The notes under the pieces were generated by a model. The model had not been told where the DNA came from and did not search any database. It saw only the letters and a list, made by a program, of their open reading frames with translations. Shown piece after piece: positions 15,756-22,801 of a DNA stretch of 22,801 nucleotides (positions are counted from its first letter, which is position 1; every line of letters starts with the position of its first letter). This DNA comes from an uncultured delta proteobacterium (GTDB lineage: Bacteria > Myxococcota > Myxococcia > Myxococcales > Anaeromyxobacteraceae), in NCBI GenBank assembly GCA_963845515.1, contig CAWJSR010000027.1, positions 1-22,801 on the forward strand. Direction: 5' to 3'. The position numbers were made by a program, and so were the translations under genes.

Positions 15756-18749
15756 CTACATCATCCCCGGCTTGCCCTGCTTCCACCGGTTGAACTCGGT
15801 GGTGAGCAGGTCGACGTGCTCGCGCTCCTCGGCGGCCAGCTCCTTGTAGAGCTGCTTCTCCGGGGAGCCCTCGGCGCACTTCGCGCCCTGCTCGGCGAAG
15901 AACTTCACCGCCCGCTCCTCGAACGCGATCGCGATCTTGAAGAGGTTGGCCGGGTCCTCGGGCTTGTGCGGGATCCCCGCGTAGATGGCCGCGCGGTCGA
16001 TCTTGAAGGCCTCGGCCGACGGCGGAGGAGCGGCGTGGTAGCGGCGCGTGAGCGTCGCCATGTGCTCCTGCTCCATCGCGTAGAACTTGCCGAAGAGCTC
16101 CTTCAGGATCGGGTCCTGGGACTCGTCGCGTGCCTTGCCGTAGAAGGCCATGCCGCCAAGCTCGATCTCGAAGGCGATCCGGATGGCCTCGAGGGCCTTC
16201 GCCTCCTCGACCTTCCGCGGGTCGAGCACCGCGAGCTTGCCGCCGCACGCCGGGCACTGGCCGTACGGGAAGGCGAAGCCCTCGCTCACCTTGCCGCAGT
16301 CGTTGCACCGCCAGGAGAGCTCGGCGGTGGCGCAGCAGACGTACTCCTCGTCACCCTCGATCGGGCGGTGACACTTGGGGCACGCCTTGGAGTCGCCGGT
16401 GGCGAACCCCGCCTCGACCTGGGCCATCGGCTCGAACTTCGCGACGTCCTCGGCGGTGACCGGCCACTTCTTGCCGTTGGTGAGGTACGTGGCGATCGAC
16501 CGCGCCGCGCGCCGTCCGGCGCCCATCGCGAGGATCACCGTGGCGCCGCCGGTGACGATGTCGCCGCCCGCGAAGACACCCGGGATGCTCGTCGCCTGCG
16601 TCGACTCCGGCTTGCCGTCGTCCGCCGCGATGTTCCCCCACTTGTTGACCTGGAGGCCCGGGGTCGACTTCGGGATGACCGGGTTGGCCTTCGTCCCGAG
16701 CGCGACGATGACCGTGTCGCACTCGATCTGCTTGAAGATCCCGGTGGGCATCGGCTTGCGGCGCCCCTTCTCGTCCGGGTCGCCGAGGACCATCTCCTCG
16801 ACCTTCATGCCGGTGACGTTCCCGTCCGCGTCGCCGAAGATCTCGATCGGCGCGTGGAGGAAGAAGAACTCGATCCCCTCCTCCTTCGCGTGCCGGAGCT
16901 CCTCGATGCGGGCCGGGGCCTCCGCCTCGGTGCGCCGGTAGACGCACTTGACCGACGGCGCGCCGAGCCGCTTGGAGACGCGGAGGCAGTCCATCGCGGT
17001 GTTGCCGGCGCCGATGACGACGACCTTCTTGCCGAGCGTGATCGGGGTGTCGAGGATGGGGAACTTGTCGCCGCCCATCAGGTTCACGCGGGTCAGGAAC
17101 TCGTTGGCCGAGTAGACCTGGCTGAGGGACTCGCCGGGGATCCCGATGAAGGCCGGGGCGCCGGCGCCGACGCCGAGGAACACCGCGTCGAAGCCCTTGT
17201 CCTTCATGAGCTGCGGCACGGTGAAGGTCTTGCCGATGACCTTGTTCACCTCGATCTCGACGCCCATGTCGGTGAGCCGCTTCACCTCTCGCGAGATGAT
17301 GTCGCGCGGGAGGCGGAACGGCGGGATGCCGTACTGGAGCACGCCACCCACGACGTGGAGCGCCTCGTAGACCGTGACGTCGCAGCCGTACTTGGCGAGA
17401 TCGGCCGCCACGGTCAGGCCGGCGGGGCCGGAGCCGCAGATGGCGACCTTGCCGAGCTTCTTGTCGAACTTCGGCTTCTGCACCGGCTTCGGCTTGGCGT
17501 TGTCACCGACGAACCGCTCGAGGCGGCCGATGCCGACGGCCTCGAGCTTGCCGCCCTTGGCGATCACGCACTGCGCCTCGCACTGGCTCTCCTGCGGGCA
17601 GACGCGGCCGCAGATCGACGGGAAGATCGAGGCCTTGTTGATCACCTCGAGCGCGCCGTCGATGTCGCGGACCACCACGTGCTTGATGAAGCCCGGGATG
17701 TCGATGGCGACGGGGCAGCCGGAGATGCAGGTCGGCTTCGCGCACTGGATGCAGCGCTCGGCCTCGCCGAGGGCGTCCTGCAGCGAGTACCCGAGGTTGA
17801 CCTCCTTGAAGTTGGCGGCGCGCTCCTTGGCGTCGCGCTCCGGCATGTGCGTCTGCTTCGGCGCGAGGTCCTTCAGCTTCTTGTAGTTCTTCTTCTCCTC
17901 GTCGAAGAGGACCTTCTCGAGGTTGCAGAGGTGACCGTAGTCCTCGGTCGCCTGCGTCTCCTGGCCCTTGAACCGCTTCTGGCGGCTCATCAGCTCCTTG
18001 AAGTCGACCTGGTGGCCGTCGAAGTCCGGGCCGTCGACGCAGGCGAACCTGATGTCCTTGCCCACCGTGACGCGGCAGGAGCCGCACATGCCGGTGCCGT
18101 CGACCATGATCGCGTTGAGCGAGACCATCGTCTTCACGCCGAACGGGCGGGTCGCCTCGACGCAGGCGTTCATCATCGGGAGCGGGCCGATGGCGACGAC
18201 GAGCGTCGGCTTGTCCTTCTCGCAGACCTCCTTGAGGGCCTGCGTGACGAAGCCGGGCTTGCCGTACGAGCCGTCGTCGGTGCAGACGATCAGGTCGTCG
18301 CAGTACTGCTTGAACTTGTCCTCCCAGAAGATCAGCCCCTTGTTGCGGAAGCCGATGATGCCGGTGACCCGGTTGCCCGCCTCCTTGAAGGCGCGGAGCT
18401 GCGGGTAGACCGGCGCGACGCCGAGGCCGCCGCCGACGAGCACCACGTGGCCGAACTTCTCGATGTGCTGGGGCAGGCCGAGCGGTCCGACGAAGTCGGA
18501 GAACGTGTCGCCTTCCTTGTAGTCGTCGCGCATCTCGGCGGTGGTCTTGCCGAGCGTCTGGACGACGAGGGTGATCGTGCCCGCCTTGCGGTCATAGTCC
18601 GCGACGGTCAGCGGGATGCGCTCCGACCCCTCATGGAGGCGGAGCATCACGAAGTGGCCGGGCTCGGCCATGGCGGCGACGTCAGGAGCGTGGACGTCCC
18701 AGAGGAAAGTCGTATCGGAAAACGCTTGGCGACGGACGATCTTGTACAT
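15756..18749 (-). CDS. Fused NfnA(SudB)-NfnB(SudA/GltD-like) flavo-Fe-S oxidoreductase with C-terminal rubredoxin-like and rubrerythrin (diiron ferritin-like) domains
   Basis: 997 aa from ATG 18749 (GGAGG RBS). NfnA: ERIPLT, GPLG, VGGGLG, DGTGMCGSC...CVDGP. NfnB: CIQCAKPTCISGCP, CGRVCPQESQCEAQC, GSGPAG, YGIPPFRLP, GAGNTAMD, YRR, AGGDIVTGGATVILAMGAG. Tail: CPKC..CC, WRCNDCG..CPACG, two E..ExxH motifs. Confidence 0.93.
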   Translation of the reverse strand: MYKIVRRQAFSDTTFLWDVHAPDVAAMAEPGHFVMLRLHEGSERIPLTVADYDRKAGTITLVVQTLGKTTAEMRDDYKEGDTFSDFVGPLGLPQHIEKFGHVVLVGGGLGVAPVYPQLRAFKEAGNRVTGIIGFRNKGLIFWEDKFKQYCDDLIVCTDDGSYGKPGFVTQALKEVCEKDKPTLVVAIGPLPMMNACVEATRPFGVKTMVSLNAIMVDGTGMCGSCRVTVGKDIRFACVDGPDFDGHQVDFKELMSRQKRFKGQETQATEDYGHLCNLEKVLFDEEKKNYKKLKDLAPKQTHMPERDAKERAANFKEVNLGYSLQDALGEAERCIQCAKPTCISGCPVAIDIPGFIKHVVVRDIDGALEVINKASIFPSICGRVCPQESQCEAQCVIAKGGKLEAVGIGRLERFVGDNAKPKPVQKPKFDKKLGKVAICGSGPAGLTVAADLAKYGCDVTVYEALHVVGGVLQYGIPPFRLPRDIISREVKRLTDMGVEIEVNKVIGKTFTVPQLMKDKGFDAVFLGVGAGAPAFIGIPGESLSQVYSANEFLTRVNLMGGDKFPILDTPITLGKKVVVIGAGNTAMDCLRVSKRLGAPSVKCVYRRTEAEAPARIEELRHAKEEGIEFFFLHAPIEIFGDADGNVTGMKVEEMVLGDPDEKGRRKPMPTGIFKQIECDTVIVALGTKANPVIPKSTPGLQVNKWGNIAADDGKPESTQATSIPGVFAGGDIVTGGATVILAMGAGRRAARSIATYLTNGKKWPVTAEDVAKFEPMAQVEAGFATGDSKACPKCHRPIEGDEEYVCCATAELSWRCNDCGKVSEGFAFPYGQCPACGGKLAVLDPRKVEEAKALEAIRIAFEIELGGMAFYGKARDESQDPILKELFGKFYAMEQEHMATLTRRYHAAPPPSAEAFKIDRAAIYAGIPHKPEDPANLFKIAIAFEERAVKFFAEQGAKCAEGSPEKQLYKELAAEEREHVDLLTTEFNRWKQGKPGMM

Positions 18750-18807
18750 CGGGTACCGTCCCTCCGTGGCTATGACGGGGTAAGGAATGGGGAAAAATAG
18801 CGCGGCC

Positions 18808-18836
18808 GTGATACCCGTCCCGTGAGGGGACGTCAA
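18808..18836 (-). promoter_or_regulatory. Candidate promoter of the Nfn fusion gene (TTGACG-N17-TATCAC)
   Basis: 5/6 match at -35, 17-nt spacer, 4/6 match at -10; a CGTCCC-N5-GGGACG inverted repeat overlaps the spacer and -35. Confidence 0.55.
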
Positions 18837-18981
18837 CCCTCCAAGCCGCCGTTATCCTTCCGCTCCCGCGACTGGAACGGTCCACTTTGGCTGCCGGTGG
18901 CAAGCGAAGGCTGGCTTGCACTCCGCCGTCGCCCGCCCCGCCAGCCGGGGCCCGCCAGGCCCCGGGCTCCGTTCGGCGCCG

Positions 18982-20090
18982 TCACTTCTGCGGCGAAGAC
19001 CGATCGCGGAACGCGAGCCGGCCCAGCAGCGCCGCAATCTCCGGATCGCCCGGCGCGAGCTGGAGCGCCTGACGCAGGAGCCCGATGGCTGCATCCACCC
19101 TCCCTGCCTCGGACTCGAGCGTGGCGCGGCGGAACAGCGTGTCTGCCTCCCTGCCCCGCGGGCGCGGCTGCGTCCGCCACCCGACGCCCCCGCACCCTGG
19201 AAGTCGGGCTTCGGCTCGTGAGCGCCTCCCCAGGCGCCCCCCGCGTCGATCGCTCGCACCGACGCGCGCGTCTCGCGGCTGCCGGAGCCCGCGGGCGCGG
19301 GCGCCTGCGCCGGCGTGACCGGCTGGGTCGCGCGAGGCGAAGGCTGCGGCGAAGGCGGAATGGGGGTCGCTGCCCGTCGCGTCGGCGGCGGTGTCTCGCC
19401 ACGCGGTGCCGGCGCGATCGGTCGCGCGGGTGCGTGCTGGTTGAAGCGCCGCAGCTCCTCGACGGCGAGCGTCGCCTCCAGCGTCGAGAGGACCTGCTTC
19501 CACGCGGAGGGGAGCACTGACGCCCCGCGCGCGAGGACCAGGTGGCGCCGCACCAGCAGCGAGAAGAGGCCGTGCTGAGCCCTGCCCCAGATCTCCTCGA
19601 GCCGGGAGCGCAGCTCCCCGACCGAGATCCCGCTCCCCACGCAGCGGAGGATCTGGATCTCCTCGGTCGTGAAGTCCAGGACGAGCCGTGGCGGTGGGCC
19701 CAGGAAGATCGTCGCGTCGATCGAGATCCGCTCCGGGACGCCGCGGTAGGCCGCGAGGGCGGGGTTCTTCGCCACCATCGAGTCGTACCAGTCGACCGCC
19801 ACCGCCGCGTCCTGCTCGGCGTAGGCGACGCCGAGCCGCCACGGCTCCGCGGCGCTGATCCACGCCACCTTGCCGCCGACGCGGAGCGTTCGGGAGAGCC
19901 CCTCGGTCGAGACGGTCAGCAGCAGCTTCTCGCCGAGCTGGCGATGGCGGGGAGCGACGACCTGGCACCCCCGGGGGCCGACGTCCTCGGTCTCGGTGAT
20001 CCAGCGCTCACCGTCCGCGCCGGTGATCTCGGCGCGGCAGCGGACCGGGGCGCGCGGTGTGCGCCTGGGATTGAAGACGAAGTCGGACAT
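18982..20090 (-). CDS. PilZ-domain protein with Pro-rich linker and C-terminal TPR-like helix pair; apparent frameshift at G5 run 19187-19191
   Basis: N-terminal RRTPR (RxxxR) and EDVGPRG motifs. After FQGAG the coding-like frame switches to VGWRTQPR...AGRVDAAIGLLRQALQLAPGDPEIAALLGRL. Confidence 0.75.
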
Positions 20091-20196
20091 GCCCTCTCCC
20101 TCCAGAGAGCCAGTCACGAATCGTACACCATCGCCCCCTGCGGGTACGACAAGCGCCCACTCTCACGCTGCCGCCGGCGATATCCTGCGGGGACGC

Positions 20197-21072
20197 ATGG
20201 GACGCCAATGGGAGGAGCGGTGGACCCGCCTCGCCGCGGCGCGCGCGGCCCTCACCGGCGCGCCCGCGACGCTCGGCATCGCCCTCGTCTGCACCGCGGC
20301 GTGGGCTTGGACCGCGATCACCGGCGACTCCACCTCCGCGCGCCACCTGGTCGCCGTCGGTGCCCTCGAGCGTGGCCACGTCTGGGCTGGCGAGCCCTGG
20401 CGGATCCTCACGGCCCCGTTCCTGCACGCGGGGGCTGCCCACCTCGCCTGGAACGTGGCGGGGGCGCTCCTGTCCGGCGGACCGCTGGAGCGGGCGCTGG
20501 GAACCCGGCGCTTCCTCGCGATCTACCTCTCGAGCGCCGTCGGTGGATCGGCCCTGTCGCTCCTGGCGCAGGACGCCGTGAGCGTGGGGGCGTCCGGCGC
20601 GCTCTTCGGGATCGTGGGGGCGGTCCTGGCGCTCCGCCACCGCGCCCTGGGCACCTGGCGCGCCTTCACGGCCGACCCGCCGACTCGCCACCTGGTCACC
20701 GCCCTCGCAGTCTGGAACGTGGCCGGCATCGGGCTGGCGCTGGCAGGCGTGAGGATGGACCACCTGGCGCACGTCGGCGGCTTCGCGTGCGGCGCGCTCG
20801 CAGCGCGCGTCGTCACCTCCCGGCGTCCCGCGCGGCGGGCCGCTCCCGCGATCGTCCTCCTCGCAGCCCTCACTGCGGCGGCGGCGTGGCCGCGCGCGAC
20901 CCTGTCGGACGTCACCGCCTGGGAGCTGGAGCAGGCGCTCGCAGAGGCGCTGGACCGGGACGACTGGTTCCGCGCCTCGGCGCTCGTCGAGCGCGGGGCG
21001 CGAGGCGGCCTCGACACCCCATTCTTCCGCGAGGCACGGAGGCGGGTCGAGGCGCAGCGGAGCAGCCGCTAG
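20197..21072 (+). CDS. Rhomboid family intramembrane serine protease
   Basis: WRILTAPFLHAGAAHLAWN, VGASGA (catalytic Ser), HLAHVGGF (catalytic His), several TM segments; start position uncertain. Confidence 0.92.
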   Translation: MGRQWEERWTRLAAARAALTGAPATLGIALVCTAAWAWTAITGDSTSARHLVAVGALERGHVWAGEPWRILTAPFLHAGAAHLAWNVAGALLSGGPLERALGTRRFLAIYLSSAVGGSALSLLAQDAVSVGASGALFGIVGAVLALRHRALGTWRAFTADPPTRHLVTALAVWNVAGIGLALAGVRMDHLAHVGGFACGALAARVVTSRRPARRAAPAIVLLAALTAAAAWPRATLSDVTAWELEQALAEALDRDDWFRASALVERGARGGLDTPFFREARRRVEAQRSSR

Positions 21073-21445
21073 AACTGGTGCAGGAAGAGCCCGCTCCGCA
21101 GCTTCGGCTCGAACCAGGTGCTCTTGGGCGGCATCAGCATGCCGGCGTCGGAGACCGCCAGGAGCTCCTCGATGCGCGTGGGGTGGAGGTGGATCGCCAT
21201 CGACCACCCCTCCTCCCTCACCCGCCTCTCCAGCTCCTCCGCGCCCCGGATCCCGCCCACGAAGTCGACGTTCTTGTCGCGCCGCGGATCGTCGATGCCG
21301 AAGATGGGCGAGAGGATCTGGTCCTGGCAGAGCGAGCAGTCGAGCGAGGAGACCGGATCCTTCGCGTCGAAGCTCCCGGCGCGAACGCGCGCGTGCCACC
21401 AGCGCCCGGCCGCGAAGACGCCGAAGGCGCGCGCGTGGGGCGGGC
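21069..21445 (-). pseudogene. C-terminal fragment of a DUF1015 family protein, 5'-truncated at the compositional junction
   Basis: AFGVFAAGRWW...DPVSSLDCSLCQDQILSPIFGIDDPRRDKNVDFVGGIRG...MPPKSTWFEPKLRSGL; in-frame TAA at 21465-21467 with no N-terminal part. Confidence 0.85.
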
Positions 21446-21460
21446 GCCGTCGCGGCGCCC

Positions 21461-22067
21461 GAGTTTACTGAGCCGGACCTGAAAGGCGAGAAACTGGCCG
21501 AGGCCGTCGACACAAGGGCGATCCTGGCGGCGAGGACTCCACTGTTTAACTTGTTCGCAAAGAACCATCCCGACGCGGCGGCGAAGTTGACGAGTCTCGG
21601 AGGAGAGTCAGGTGCAGAATGGGCCAAACGCATTGCGGCCATCGATTGGGATGCCGCTGATGTCGCCCGCGGCAAGCTGGTGTTTGAGAAGCGTCTTGCG
21701 CGAAGTGCCACTCGGGCCAGAATCGGTCTGGGGTCCCGACCTGGCTGGTGCCACTGGACGCTTCGCCCGTGGCGACTTAATGTCGGCGATTATCGACCCC
21801 AGCCGCGATGTATCGCCCCTGTATCAAACGACACAAATCGTCACCGGCGGCGGTAAAGTCTATCAAGGGCTGGTCGTGTACGAATCGCCCGAAGGAACCC
21901 TGTTGCAAACCACGCCCGACACGACGATTCGCATCGCCGGCGAAGAGATTCTAGCGATGCGCAAGAGCCGTCAATCGCTGATGCCGACCGGCTTATTGAA
22001 CGGAGCGACCGACGCCGAGCTGGCCGATCTGCTGGCGTATCTCAAAACGCTCACCCGGGCGCAATAA
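21461..22067 (+). pseudogene. C-terminal fragment of a PVC/Planctomycete-type heme-binding (CxxCH) protein, frameshifted
   Basis: ADVARGKLVFEKR / SCAKCHSG / GPDLAG...AIIDPSRDVSPLYQ...SLMPTGLL...LADLLAYLKTL, spread over three frames. Confidence 0.8.
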
Positions 22068-22104
22068 AAAAACTCACCGGCATGCAGTGGGCACACCGGT
22101 GAGT
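22066..22104 (-). terminator. Intrinsic terminator of the BI-1/YccA gene
   Basis: ACTCACCGG...CCGGTGAGT stem running into a T7 tract on the minus strand; lies between convergent genes. Confidence 0.75.
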
Positions 22105-22133
22105 GGAGATTTTCGATCTGTTCCAAGAATTGC

Positions 22134-22801
22134 TTAGCGGCGGTTATCCATCACCAATCGCAAGATATAGAAGAACAGCAGCGCGACCGAGGCAAACAAG
22201 GCCAGCGATGCGGCGACATATTGATCGGTACGATAGTGGTGCAGAATGTTTGAAGTGTCGTACAGGATGTAAGCACCGGCGAACACAATCATCGCGACGG
22301 TGAAGAACATGCCCAAGTTGAAGCCGAACATCACGGCACAAACTACCAGCCCCATCGCACCGAATCCGGCCAACATCAAGCCCGTTCGCAAGAACGAGAA
22401 ATCGGCTCCGGTCACGAACACCGCGGCTGTCAGACCGGCGAAAACAATTAAGGTGATGACGATAGCAGGTCCGAGAATGTTTACGCTGAGTTCTTGTTCC
22501 TAGCTAAGGCGATAGTCAAAATCGGCAGGAAGATGATTGCTTCCGCAATGCACATACAGAAATAAGCCGGCATATTGCTTACCAATCGACGTGGTGGAGA
22601 CCGCCCAGCTGTTGGCCAGGTAGCTGACAAAGACGAATGCCCCCATGACGATGAGCCAAGAGTACTGATACGACAGCATCTTGTCGACAATCTGTTCAGC
22701 AATGCCAGTTTGAAACAAGGCGTACAAAATGGCCGCAAATCCGTAGACGGCGGCCGCCAGATGGATGTAGGTCTTCTTGATAAACGTGGCACGCTCGGTG
22801 G
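22134..22801 (-). CDS. Bax inhibitor-1/YccA family membrane protein (5' end off window; frameshifts ~22550 and ~22500)
   Basis: ERATFIKKTYIHL...QYAGLFLYV / IAEAIIFLP / GLTAAVFVTGADFSFLR...YILYDTSNILHHY...AASLALFASVALLFFYILRL. Confidence 0.88.

Noticed and set aside
15756..18749. Annotation as glutamate synthase small subunit (gltD/gltA)
   Set aside because: The N-terminal NfnA/SudB module, the C-terminal rubrerythrin and the absence of gltB in the window argue for an Nfn-type enzyme.
15573..18800. 1075-aa plus-strand ORF and similar long antisense ORFs (127-996, 3701-5191, 6833-8083, 12500-14350, 19542-21482)
   Set aside because: Shadow ORFs opposite well-supported genes, caused by stop-codon scarcity in high-GC DNA; no recognisable motifs.
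20197..21072. Rhomboid as a dedicated sorting protease for the Cys-rich protein
   Set aside because: The Cys-rich protein has no C-terminal TM or sorting signal (ends ...CSCANPG) and the genes are ~5 kb apart in separate units.
22481..22560. Programmed frameshifting or true pseudogenisation of the BI-1/YccA gene
   Set aside because: One insertion and one deletion ~50 nt apart, without slippery sites, in an indel-dense terminal segment; sequencing error is more parsimonious.

Overview
Positions 1 to ~21,450 are very GC-rich DNA whose gene order and protein style suggest a Myxococcota/Anaeromyxobacter-like genome (inference). This part holds a long minus-strand housekeeping cluster (yceD-rpmF-plsX-fabH-fabD-fabG-acpP-fabF-rpiB-glyA-nrdR-ribD-ribE-ribBA) and an orphan NarL/LuxR response regulator. 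Next come a divergent ~932-aa lipoprotein built of 24 tandem knottin-like (C-C-CC-C-C) modules broken by two +1 indels, and tRNA-Arg(CCG). These are followed by a 997-aa single-chain NfnA-NfnB-rubredoxin-rubrerythrin fusion, a PilZ/TPR protein, a rhomboid protease and a truncated DUF1015 gene. At ~21,460 the composition drops abruptly into lower-GC, indel-rich, Planctomycete-like DNA encoding a CxxCH heme-protein C-terminus and a Bax inhibitor-1/YccA gene; this is most likely a chimeric junction. The strongest candidates for new biology are the Nfn/reverse-rubrerythrin fusion, the poly-knottin surface lipoprotein, and a GlyA with a histone-H1-like basic tail.
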